Positions 25,660-37,736 of a stretch of DNA of 63,854 bases are shown here, in pieces. Position numbers and translations under genes: made by a program. Origin of the DNA: Malacoraja senta (Eukaryota); NCBI GenBank assembly GCA_038087875.1, contig JAXLNO010000086.1, positions 1 through 63,854 on the forward strand, read 5' to 3'. Each line of letters starts with the position of its first letter. The stretch's first letter is position 1. Under the pieces are notes generated by a model. That model worked only from the letters and a program-made list of their open reading frames with translations, ran no database searches and had not been told where the DNA came from.

Positions 25660-26586
25660 TTTTACCAATTTTGATGACCTTATTTATTATGGTGCATTCA
25701 TACCTCAGGACTGGTTATTTTGGGGGCATTTCTATTATAGACTTCCTTGGTAGTTCTCCTCTGCGATTGTCCTTGAAAAAAAACACATAGACGTGACATA
25801 TTGTGATAAAAAAAAAGTATATCAAATAAATTTACGGTGTCTGAGTTTCCGACACCGTAGTAAGTGGACCACTCGTCTGTGGGGCACGACATCGATATCG
25901 CTTCCGGCGTAGATGTTATGAAGTTAGCCCCGCTGCCTTTATTACCCAAAACCTAGGGGGTCGGTACCGTTTCCAAATCAGTTCTATTTCACCCAGTTGC
26001 AGTATATATATATGTTTCATTCCGACTTCAAATGTATTCAGTTACATATCTTCCTCACTCTTTATCTCTTAACTATTTTGAATTGGTTTTAGTATTGTTA
26101 AAAGTGAGCTGTTCGCTGAAAGGGTTAACCGGAGTCAGGCTCCTGGAATTATGCCAGGTGCCTAGTCTCCTCCCCTCCCCACTCGAGCTGCGGAACATAT
26201 GTGATTACTGTTGTCTGCGTTATAAAGCAGGCAACACATTTTTTTAATCAGTTTCAATTGCTATTTCTATATTAGTATTGTTAATTATTAATTATTATTG
26301 ATTCTCAATATTTTGTAAAACTATATAAGCCATGTGATGTTTTTCGCTCTCAGCACAGCAGATCGACACTCCCGTGTTATCAGTCTTTCTTCGTTTGAGC
26401 ACAGAGTGTCCTTGAGTTAGATTCCGCAATGTTCAAGGGGAGATAATAATGTCTGGACACGTCTCGTGAAAAATCTGTTGCGTGTAATAATTTTTAAAGA
26501 ATTGGTGTTGTTCAGTTATTTCACTTTTCTTGTAATATTCTTGTTGGGGGAATAAGCAAATTAATTTGTTCATGACGTCTTGGTGA

Positions 26587-27597
26587 TCAATCTTCAATTG
26601 TTGCTGCCTTGGCCACGATTTCTTGAGCGTATTTAAGAGATTCTACCGAGTTAATGAATGTTTTTGACATTCCCATGAAAGTAATACGCATCCTGGCCGG
26701 ATAATACACTCCACATATGACACCCTTGACACCGCAAAGAGCTTCTCTGGTCTGTGAGAACTTTCTTCCCTTTTGCACAATCTCGTAAGGGTATTCCCGT
26801 AGGAGTTTAATAGAATCATTTCTGTACATCATCTTCTCTCCGAATTTGATTTTTTTCATCAGCGCTTCCATTGTTGGGATATCCCGAAGTTTAACTATGA
26901 TCTGACGTGGGTGGGCATGTTCTCCTTGAGATCTTGGTTTAAATCTGGGTAGTCGATGTGCTACTTCAATTACAGGTGCCTCAGGTAGTTTGAGTACGTG
27001 TTTGATTAGATTGACAGTGAACTCACAAGCATTGACCCCCTCAGCTCCCTCTTTTACTCGACGTATTTGTATATTTTGACGTCTTGAGCGAGCTTCTAGG
27101 TCAACATATTTATCAGAAAATTTTGTAAGTTGGCTCTTGAGGCTGTCTATTTCTAACTTCATCGTCTGCATCTCTCCGGTCATCTCTTCCACAACAGCTT
27201 CCATATCTTTCACTGCAGTTACATTTGCAGAAACAGTTTCATGCACAGCCTCAAACATCTTTGTGGTCTCTTCTGCCACCTTATTAATTTTCCCCGTTAA
27301 TTCTTCTTGCACATCATCAACTCTTTTTTGCAGAGCACCAATGCCCGCAAGTATTTTTTCATTACCGGCCATCAAATTTATGTTTCCAGCTTTCAAATCA
27401 TTTTTCAAATCTCTTACCGAGTTCTTTAACTCCTCCATTTCGGTTTTCTCTTTTGTGGTCATCTCAGTCTTAGATCGTGTAGCCATTCCAGAGACCACTC
27501 CAGAGGTCAGTTTTGCAGTCTCTTGATGTTCCAGAGTCTTCAGCGATTGTTTTGTGACTTTCCTGTGTGGGCTCTGACCTGGAGACGTACTTTTCAT
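26587..27597 (-). CDS. L1 ORF1p (coiled coil, RRM, CTD), 336 aa, open
   Basis: Heptad-rich N-terminal half, then DLEARSRRQNIQI..V.EG.EG, IEVAHR.PR, PRQIIVK, YPARMRITF. Confidence 0.88.
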   Translation of the reverse strand: MKSTSPGQSPHRKVTKQSLKTLEHQETAKLTSGVVSGMATRSKTEMTTKEKTEMEELKNSVRDLKNDLKAGNINLMAGNEKILAGIGALQKRVDDVQEELTGKINKVAEETTKMFEAVHETVSANVTAVKDMEAVVEEMTGEMQTMKLEIDSLKSQLTKFSDKYVDLEARSRRQNIQIRRVKEGAEGVNACEFTVNLIKHVLKLPEAPVIEVAHRLPRFKPRSQGEHAHPRQIIVKLRDIPTMEALMKKIKFGEKMMYRNDSIKLLREYPYEIVQKGRKFSQTREALCGVKGVICGVYYPARMRITFMGMSKTFINSVESLKYAQEIVAKAATIED

Positions 27598-27635
27598 TTA
27601 AAATGAATTTCCCTCCGTTAAATTCACGGCGCTTA

Positions 27636-27651
27636 CTGATGACGTCATCAG
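27636..27651. promoter_or_regulatory. CRE-containing perfect palindrome in the L1-A 5' UTR
   Basis: CTGATGACGTCATCAG; also conserved in L1-B. Confidence 0.5.
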
Positions 27652-29484
27652 CACCGCGACATGAGACTCCGGTAATTTTTTTTTAAATGATCCCGACCTC
27701 CAGACCCGATTTTAGCGCGAAAAATCGCGATTTTTTTCAGCGGAGCTAGAAAATTTGCGACTGCTAGCAAAGCATGGCGCCACTGGAAGTCACTTCTAAA
27801 CACCTCCAAGAACCTGTAAACCACTGTAAACACCTCTAAACCTCTTTAAATCCTTCTAAACACATGTGAACTAATGTAAACCCCTCTAAACCGCTCTAAA
27901 TCCCTGTAAACCGATGTAAACCTTTCTAAACTTCTCTAAACCCCTGTAAACCCCATTTAAACGCATCTATACCCCTCTTAACCTATCGAAACACCTGTAA
28001 ACCCATCTACTCCTGTAAACCCCTCCAACCCTCTGTAAACCCCTCCAACCTCCTGTAAACCCATATAAACACCTCTAAACCCCGCAAACCGCTCTATACC
28101 ACTTTAAACCCCTCTAAACCAATCTAAACCCCTCTGTTGCCCCGTGAACCCCATTTAAATCCCCATCTAAACAGCCGAGAACAGATCTAAACACCTCTAA
28201 ACCCCATGCAAACTCCTCCAAACCCGCCCAATCCCCTCTAAACCCCCTACGGACGCCTCTAAATTCTTCTAAATCCCTCTATACCAATGTAAACACACTG
28301 TAAGTACCTCTAAATCGCCGAAAACTCCCCTAAACCTCTGTAAACGCCCGTAAACCCCCGTAGACCCATCGAATCCCCTCTAAACATCTAAAATGCCCTA
28401 TAAACACTATTAGCCCCATCTGAACTCCTGTCAACCCCATGTAAACCACACTAAACCATTAAGCCCCTCCAAACCCATATAAATCTATCTAAAACACTCT
28501 AAACCCCGCTAAACCCCATATAAACAACTCGAATCCTCTCTAAACACATATAAACCCCCTGTAAACCCCTGTAAAACACTCTAAACCATCTAAACACCTG
28601 TAAACGATTGTAAACTCCTCTAAACCCCTGTAAACCCGTCTAAAACCCCCATGTAAACCCCGGTAACACTCTTTAAACCCCTCTAAACCCATGTAAACCC
28701 GTCTGAACCTCTATGCACCTGTAAACACCTGTACACACCTATAAACCCATCTATACCCCGCTAAACACCTCTAAAACCCTGGTTACCGCTCGAAACCCCT
28801 GTAAATCCTTCTAAACACATGTGAACTCCTGTAAACCCCGCTAAACACGTCTAAACCCCTGTAAATCCCTGTAAACCACATGTAAACCTCTCTAAACATC
28901 TCTAAACCCCTGTAAACAACTCCAAATCCCTCTAAACCCATCGAAACTCCTGTAAATCCCATGTAAACGCACCTAAACCGCTCTAAACACGTCTAACCAC
29001 CTGTTAACACCTCTAAACCCCTGTAAACCACTAAATCTCTCTAAACGCTCTTAACTACTTTAAACCTCTCTAAAGCCTTGTAAACCCATCTAAACCGCTC
29101 TAAACTATTCTAAATCCCTCTAAACCCCTGTAAACCTACCTAAACCCCCTTTACACCCCTCTAAACCGATCTGAAGCCATGTGAACCCCATTTAAACGCA
29201 TCTAAACCCCTCATAACCCATCGAAACACCTGTAAACCCATCTAAACCTCTGTAAACCCCTCCAACCCCCCTGTAAACTCCTCTAATCCCCTGAAAACCC
29301 ATATAAACACCGCTAAACCCCGTAAACCCCTCTAAACCACTCTAAACCCATCTGAAACACTGTAAACCCATCTAAACCCCTCAAAACACATCTAAAACCA
29401 TCTAAACCACTGTAAATCCCCTCCGAACACCTCTAAACCTCTATAACCCCTCTAAACCCATGTAAACACCGCTAAAACCCTCAA

Positions 29485-29673
29485 ATGGTCTTTGAGCTCC
29501 TGTAATCAGTATATTGATTCATGTGTGTATATATTTATAGAATGGTATATGGACACACTGATCTGTTTTGTAGTCAATGCCTACTATGTTCTATTGAGCT
29601 GAAGCAAAGCAAGAATGTCATTGTCCTATCACGGACACATGACAACAAAGTAGCTTGAACTTGAACTTGAACT
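29485..29673 (+). mobile_element. Rex1 3' UTR fragment, copy 1
   Basis: Matches 13690-13871 (GTAGTCAATGCCTACTATGTTCT...GAAGCAAAGCAAGAAT..CATTGTCCTATC..GGACACATGACAA) with a (CTTGAA)n tail. Confidence 0.88.
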
Positions 29674-31929
29674 CGAAACCGCTCGAGACCTCACTAAACA
29701 CCTGTAATCACTTGTCAACCACGGTAACCCCTCTAAATTTCTCTAAACCACCCTAACTCATCTAAAACCCTCTAAACCCGTCTAAACCAATGTAAACCCC
29801 TGCAATCCTCTCTATACCTCTTTAAAGCCCTGTAAACCTCTCAACCCTAAAAACCCCTCTAAATCCCAGTAAACCCCTGTAAACCTCTGTAAACCCCTCT
29901 AAACCCCTCAAAACCTCTCCAACCCCCTCTAAACCCTTCGAAACCCGAACACCCTCCAAACCCTTCTTAAACCCTCCAAACACTTCTACCCCCTCTAAAC
30001 CTAAACAACTCCAGACCCCTCCAAACCACCCTAAACCTCTCCAGACCCCTCGAAACCCCTCCAAACCCATCTAAACCCCTGTAAACCCCATGTAAACCCA
30101 TGTAAACCCATCTAAACCCCCCTCTAAACCCGTATAAATCCCCCTAAACCCCTTTAAACCCCTGTAAAGTTATCTAAAACACTATAAAGCCCTATAAAGC
30201 CCTCTAAACACATCTAAACCCTCTTTAAACCTCATGTAAACCCCTCTAAACCCCGGTAAACACAATGTAAAGCCCCTTAAACCTCTCTAAACCCCCCCCC
30301 CAAACTCCTATAAACCCCTCTAAACGTAAACCTCTCCGAACACCTGTAAACACATGTAAACCCCTGGAAACCACTCTAAATCCCTCTAACTCATCTAAAC
30401 CCATCAAAAACCATCTAAACCCCTGTAATTCCCTCTAAATCACTCCAAACTCCTCTAAACCCCTGCAAATCACTCTAAACCCCTGAAAATCCATATATCC
30501 CCCTCTAAACCTCTCTAAACACATGTAAACCCCTGTAAACCCAATTAAGCCCCCTCTAAACCCCTGTCAACCACTCTAAACCCGTCTGAAGCCCTGTAAA
30601 CCCCTCAATACACATCTAAACACCTCTAAACCCCGGAAAACACCATCGAACCCCTCTAAACCCCTCCAGACCCATCTAAATCCCTCTAAACTATTCTAAA
30701 CACCTCTAACCTGTAAACCACTGCAAACACCTCTAAACCCCTGTAAACACATGTAAACCTCTGTAATCCCCTGTAAACCTCTCACAATCTCTCTAAACCC
30801 CTGTAAACCAATCTAAATCCCTCTGAACAACTGTAAACCCATGTAAACCCCTGTAAACCCCGCATACCCCTCCAAATCCCTCTAAACTCTTCTAGTCACT
30901 TCTAACCCCTCTAAACCCCTCTATACCCAACTAAACCCACTGTAAACCCCCTAAACACCTGTAAACTCCTGGAAATCCCTATAAAACTCTCTAAAACCCT
31001 CTGAACCCCTGTACACCCTTCTAAACCTCTCTACACCTGTAAACACCTGTAAACTCCTTTAAACACCTCTAAACCCCGCTAAACCCTGTAAATTCCACTA
31101 AACCCCTGTAATCAACTCTAAATCCCTCTAAACCCCTCTAAACATGTAAACCCCCTGCAAACGCATCTAAACCCCTCTAAACACCTCTATCCCCTGTTAA
31201 CGCCTCTAACCCCATGTAAACCCCCTGTAAACACCTCCAAACCACTCTAAACCCCTCTAAACCCCCTACAAACCCATACAAACCGCTCTAAACCTATCCA
31301 GTCCCCTGCAATCCCTCTCCAATCCCCTCGAAATCCCTCGAAATCCCATCCAAACCCCTCTAATCCCCTCTAAACCCCTATAAAGCGCTCTAAACCCATC
31401 TAAACACCCTGTAAACCACATGTAAACACGGCTAACGCCCTGTAAACCCCTGTAAAACTCTCTAAACCGCTATAAATCCCTCTAAACCAGCTTAAACCCC
31501 TATAAACCCATGTAAATCTCTGTAAACCTCTCTTTTTTATTATTAAAAAATATATATATTTATTAGAAGTATATTACATTACAACCACATACATTAGTAC
31601 TCGTCACTTATGTCTTCTTACAATTAATGTACTCCATTTATTTTTTACACTAGAAAAGGAAAAGATTGAAAGAAAGAAGAAAGTGAAGGAAAAAGTGAGA
31701 GTGTAGAAAATGTGACAACAAAAAAGGACGAAGATCCTATAACAACAAAATTAAAAACAAAAGAAAAAGAGTTAAGAAATAGACCCTAGAAAAGAAAGAG
31801 AAAGAAAAAGAGGAAAAAGAGAGAAACAAATATTTTTATGAGCATTACGCAAATGGGACATACCAACTCTTCAACTATCATCCCCCCTTACCTGACCTAA
31901 ATTTTTTTTTTTAAAGGTACCTTTGCACC

Positions 31930-34900
31930 CTATATTTGTAATAATTCTATAAATGCAGACCACGTCAGGTGGAAGTGATCTGGTTTACCTGCTAGGAGGA
32001 GTCTTATCTCTTCTAGGTGTAATGTTTCGAACATATTTGAAATCCACATGTTTATAGTTGGTATTGGAGCCTTCTTCCAAAATTTTAGAATTAGCTTTTT
32101 TCCAGTTATTAACCCATAGTCTATTAGTTTATTTTGAAACTCATTTAGTTCTGGACCATCTTCCGTTATTCCGAAGATAATCCATTCTGCTTTGGGTATC
32201 AGTCTTATTTTAAATAACTTTGTAAAGATTTCAAAAATTTCATTCCAAAATTTTTGAATTTTTGTACAGAAAACGAATGAGTGCGCTATATTAGCTTCTT
32301 GGGATTGACATTTATCACAAAGAGATGATACATTTGGGGAAATTTTATGAATTTTAGTTTTCGAATAATATAATCTATGTAAAGTTTTAAATTGTATTAA
32401 AGTGTGTCTTACATTAATCGAACATTTATGCACGTTTAATAAGTGTTCATTCCAACTTTCCTTTGAAATTTTAATAGCTAACTCTTGTTCCCAGTCTCTT
32501 CTGATACCCTCCGTAGATGGTATTTGTACATTTAAGATAATATTATACAAATATGATATTAAGTTTGCTGATTCAGCTTTTATCTGCATTGCCTCATCCA
32601 ATACATCTACTGAGTTATTATAATGATCTTTTGTATATTTTTTCAAATAGTCGCATATTTGAAAATATTTAAAATATTGAATATTTCCGAGTTTATATTT
32701 TATTTGTAATTGTTGAAATGAAAGTAATTTTCCAGTTTCATACAAGTCACCGAGCGTTTTAATTCCTAGTCTATCCCAATGTGTAAAAGCTTTATCTATA
32801 ATAGAGGGATTAAACGAAGGGTTATTAACTATAGGTAATAAAAGTGATACATTTGTTAATTTTAAATTTTGTTTTATTTGTTTCCAAATTCGGATTGTAC
32901 TATGAATAATTGGGTTCTTATTATAATTTATATTATTCAATTTCATTGGAGAGAGGAGGATCGCTCCAATGTTTCCAGAGGAGCAATCCTCTTTCTCCAT
33001 TACAATCCAGTCCACTTGCTGGGCGGAGTTATCCATCAGTTGAATCATATTTTTAATATTTACTGACCAATAATAATACATAAAATTAGGTAGTGCTAAA
33101 CCCCCTAATACTTTAGGTTTATTCAGATGAGTTTTTTGTATTCTATGTTATTTATAGTCCCATATAAAATTAGTGATATCTGAGTCGAGGTTTTTTTTAA
33201 ACTTCTTTGGTAAGTATATAGGAATCGATTGAAATAGGTATAAAATTTGTGGTAGAAAGATCATTTGTATTGCATTTATTCGGCCTATTAAAGACATCGG
33301 GAGCGTTTTCCAGAATTTAATTCGTGTGTTTAATTTATTAAGTAAGCGATCAAAATTTGCCTTAAACATACCTTGATATGTTCTGGTAATTTCGATTCCA
33401 AGGTATTTAAATTTTTCTGTAGCTATTTTAAAAGGGAATTTTAAAAGATGTGTTGAATCTTTCTGTTTTATTGACATAATTTCACTTTTATTCCAATTTA
33501 TTCTATATCCAGAAAAAGATCCTAAGTCTTCAATTAAATTTAATATATTTGGTATAGTGATTTGAGGTTTTGTAATGTACAGTAATATATCATCCGCGTA
33601 TAAAGATATTTTATTATACGAGTCTTTAGTATTATATCCATGGATATCAGGGTGTATTCTAATTTTTTCTGCTAGCGGTTCAGTAATGAGAGCTAACAGC
33701 TGTGGTGATAATGAACATACTTGTCTATTTCCCCTTGATAGTTGGAATTTCGAGGATAATATGTTATCAGTTAGTATTCTAGCTGTAGGTTTGTTATATA
33801 GTAACTTGATCCATAGAACAAAATTCTCTCCCAGTTGGAATTTTTGTAATACTTTATCCATATAATTCCATTCTACTTGATCAAATGCTTTTTCACCATC
33901 CAGCGAAATTATTGATAATTCTTGATCTTCAGATTTGTGTGAGTGCATTATGTTGAGTAGACGTCTCATATTGTTAGATGAGTATCTCTTCGGGATAAAC
34001 CCCGTCTGATCTGGGTTTATTAATTTACTAATGTATTTACTTAATCTTCTAGCTAATGTTTTCGCTAATATTTTTTGATCTGTGTTTAACAATGCTATAG
34101 CTCTATATGAACCCGGTTCTTCTAAATCTTTGTTTTTCTGAGGTATTAGTGTAATCGTTGATTCCGCTAATGTATCAGGTAGTATTCGTTTTTTTAAAGC
34201 ATATTGGTACATTTTTTGTAATCTTGGTATTATTTTATCATACAAGCTTTTATAAAATTCATTAGTAAATCCATCAGGGCCTGGTGTTTTTCCATTCTTT
34301 AGTGAGTTTAGTGTATCTTCTATTTCCTTAATTGAGATTTGTGCACCCAATTCCTCTTGTTCCTTCAGCTCTAACTTTGGAAGATTACAATTATCCAAAA
34401 ACTTTGTGATATTATTGGAATCAATTGTCGTTTTAGATGTATACAAATTCTCATAAAATTGCGCAAATCTTTTATTAATATCCTTCGGTGTTGCTAATAA
34501 TTCCCATTTATCTGATTTGATCTTTGGTATAGTATGTTCCTTTTCTCGTTTTTTTAGCTGGCGAGCCAAAAGTCTATGCGGTTTATCCCCAAATTCAAAG
34601 TGCTCTTGTTTTGTAATTTGAAAAAGTCTTATAAGTTTGGCAGATAATAATTTATTTAATTTAAATATCAAAATTATTATTTTATTATGTTTATCTATTG
34701 ATGGATCTTTAGCATTATCTATATCCATTTGTCTAATAAGTTCTTCTAACTGTCTTTGTTCATTATTCTTTTTATTTTGAAAAGCTTGATATGAAATTAT
34801 AATACCCCTAATGTATGCTTTAAAAGATTCCCATAATACAGTAGACGATATATCTGGAGTATCATTTATTTGAAAAAAGACCTCCATTTGTTCTTTTAAA

Positions 34901-35718
34901 TATATACTGGCTTGTGGATCTTTTAGAATTTGAGAATTAAATCTCCAAAACGATTTATTCTTAAACATTCCTTCCAGTTTTAAAAAGAAAGTTAGTGGAG
35001 AATGGTCTGAAATCGAATTTGTGTGGTATATTGGGTTAGATGTTTGGGGGATTAATTTTGTATCCAGCAGGAAGTAGTCTATACGTGAGTATGTCTTATG
35101 TACCATTGAATAAAACGAGTATTCCCTGCGAGTTGGATCAACAATTCTCCAAACATCTGCTACATTAGTATTGTTTATATAAGTATTGACAAGTTCCCCG
35201 GTTTTCGATTTCATATTCCCTCTCTGTTTTTGGCTTGATTTATCTAAGTACGGATCTAAAACACAGTTAAAGTCTCCTCCTATTATTACATTTTGATAGT
35301 TAAACTCTGCATTTATGTTGAACATTTTATTGAAAAAATGGGGGTTATCAAAGTTAGGGGCATATATATTTACCAAGGTAAGTGGAGTATCATGGATTGC
35401 TCCATTAACTATTAAGTATCTCCCTTCTATATCTGTTATGATATTCTTTGCTTTAAATGGTATACCTTTTCTTATAATGATTGACGTGCCTCTAGATTTC
35501 GAAGTGAATGAAGAATGGTATGTTTGACCTATCCATTTCGCCCTCAACCTAACTTGATCTTGAGATTTTAAGTGTGTTTCTTGTAAGAAGGTAATGTCGG
35601 AGTTGTACAGTTTCAGCTGAACTAGTATCTTACCCCTTTTAATAGGTTCGTTAATACCTCTTATATTCCAACTACAAAATGAGATTCCTCCTAGGTTCTT
35701 TTGTTTGGTGTCATGCAT
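31930..35718 (-). pseudogene. L1-B ORF2 (EN-RT-Cys-rich), one in-frame nonsense codon at 33148-33150
   Basis: The 856-aa and 383-aa ORFs are in the same frame with 22 codons between them, giving ~1262 aa. EN motifs SWNIRG, LQETH, GDFN, SRID, SDH; RT YADD; C-terminal CDKC...H...C. Confidence 0.92.
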
Positions 35719-36554
35719 TTTGAATAATTATAGTACCTTTAAATCTTGTGGTGCATCCATATCCCAGGTCTTTGGGTATTGGGGGAACTTTTGAGTTTTT
35801 AGGTTTTGTTGGTATATCCATTTTACGCTTATCACTAAACACAAAACACAAACATGTAATTTTATGTGATAATAAAAAAATAACTAAAAAAGTGAAAATA
35901 CAGTGTCTGATATAGTCGGCACTGTAGCGAGTGTCCCACCTGTAGGTGGGGAAAAAACCTTGTTTTGACTTCCATTGCGTTGTTACACAAATAGCTCCGC
36001 TCTCTTGGTTAATCATAACATATTAAAATATTAAAACGGGGCCTCACATTCAGATATATAATACAATTTTACCCTATATATTTCATTATAACATATATAT
36101 ATCGGAATTTTAACTACTAATTATTAAACCGATACTTTTGACTTCAATAAGAATCAACTGTTGGTTGAAGGGGTTAACGAGACGTGCCCCTGGGCCTAAG
36201 CTAGGTGCTCGTTTCTCATCCCCTCCTCCCACTTATAGATAAGGTTTCAATTTATTAAAAATTCATATTAGTATGTTAGTTCGTTATTTTTTATTTTTGT
36301 TTTTGTTAGTATTCTAATCTAACATGCATAACTTATTAAGTTGTTAATAGGATACGTTCTTACAATTGGTTTTAATATTATAATCTAATAAACAAGTAAA
36401 TGCTTCTGGTATATACCATTCCCGTCTGTTCAGCTGTTTACTCGTTTTGAACAGAAAGTGTCCTTGATTCAACATTCCAAAGATAACAGTCTAGCTATCC
36501 CCAGACAAAGCATTGCTTAGAATGGTTCCGATCTGCCAAACCCCCCTTTGAATT

Positions 36555-37682
36555 CTATTTTTCAACGATAGTTTGGGCATATTTAAACGCGTCTTCAGGC
36601 TTAACAAATGACTTTTCAAAACCCTTAAAGGAAATACGCATTTTCGCAGGATAAAAAATCCCATATCTGATCGCTTCTCTCCCTCTTAAAAGATCCTTAA
36701 CCTTCTCGAATTTGTTTCTTTTTTGCACAATTTCATACGGGTAGTCCCTGAATATCTTAATAGTCTCATTGTCCAGCCGCAGTTGCACACCGTATTTGAT
36801 TTTGCTCATAACATCTTCCAGTTCTAAAATATCCCGAAATTTCACAATAATATGTCGTGGATACGTTTTTCCCGCACCAGATCTTTGTTTAAATCTTGGG
36901 ACACGATGAGCCACTTCGATTTTCGGTTCTTTGGAAAGATTCAGCAGTTGTTTAAACAAGCCCATGGCAAACTCACGCACATCCTCCCCCTCGGCTCCCT
37001 CTGAGACTCCAAGAATTCTCAAATTCTGACGTCTAGAGCGAGCTTCCAGGTCCAGGCATTTTTCTGAAACTTTACTGAGTTGAGTCACCATCTGTAGTGA
37101 AGTTTGTTCATTTTCTCGCCTCATTTGCTCATGTTCTTGCCTCATTTCCGCCATGTCTTCAACCACTCGAGCCGTGTTTTTCTCCAATTCCGTAATTGTG
37201 CGCATACTTGCAGCTACTGCTTCAAGCACAGCCGTGAACTTATCCGTAGTTGTTTCATCCATCTTGTCCATTCTCTCCGATAGTCCATCTTTCACATCCT
37301 CAATTCGTTTATTCATAATGTCCAGTGAGTCAATCATATTCTGATTGCTAGCATCCATAGCCTTCTGATTACCAGCATTTAAATCCATCATCATCTTCTC
37401 CATTCCTTCCATCATATTTGCCATATTTTCCTTCATATTTTCCTTCACATTTTCCTTCATATTTTCCATCATAATTTTATTTTCATCCAAAATCTCATCT
37501 TTCATATTTTTCACTGATTTCTTCAAGTCATCAAACTCTTTCTTAGATCTTGTATCCATTTCTGCAGCCACTTCAGAGACTTCAGAGACTTCAGAGGTAA
37601 CTTCTGCTTCAGACTTCCTCTGGTCTCTCAGCAGCTTTTTCACTGATCTCTGAGGGCTCACAGCTGGAGGCAGTTTACTCAT
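36555..37682 (-). CDS. L1 ORF1p, 375 aa, open
   Basis: Met-rich coiled coil, DLEARSRRQNLRILGV.EG.EG, IEVAHRVPR, PRHIIVKF, FYPAKMRISF. Confidence 0.88.
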   Translation of the reverse strand: MSKLPPAVSPQRSVKKLLRDQRKSEAEVTSEVSEVSEVAAEMDTRSKKEFDDLKKSVKNMKDEILDENKIMMENMKENVKENMKENMANMMEGMEKMMMDLNAGNQKAMDASNQNMIDSLDIMNKRIEDVKDGLSERMDKMDETTTDKFTAVLEAVAASMRTITELEKNTARVVEDMAEMRQEHEQMRRENEQTSLQMVTQLSKVSEKCLDLEARSRRQNLRILGVSEGAEGEDVREFAMGLFKQLLNLSKEPKIEVAHRVPRFKQRSGAGKTYPRHIIVKFRDILELEDVMSKIKYGVQLRLDNETIKIFRDYPYEIVQKRNKFEKVKDLLRGREAIRYGIFYPAKMRISFKGFEKSFVKPEDAFKYAQTIVEK

Positions 37683-37722
37683 TTAAAGGGCTTTAAACCA
37701 CCGTTTAAAACATCGCGCTTAA

Positions 37723-37736
37723 TGATGACGTCATCA
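37723..37736. promoter_or_regulatory. CRE-containing perfect palindrome in the L1-B 5' UTR
   Basis: TGATGACGTCATCA at the equivalent position upstream of ORF1. Confidence 0.5.

Larger units (their letters stand above)
21477..27791 (-). mobile_element. Full-length L1-clade LINE (L1-A)
   Basis: 5' GACTTCCAGTGGCGCCATG, ORF1, ~930-bp spacer, fragmented ORF2 and A-rich tail. TSD (C)ACTT at 21472-21476 and 27791-27795; the empty site is at ~39385-39405. Confidence 0.95.
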
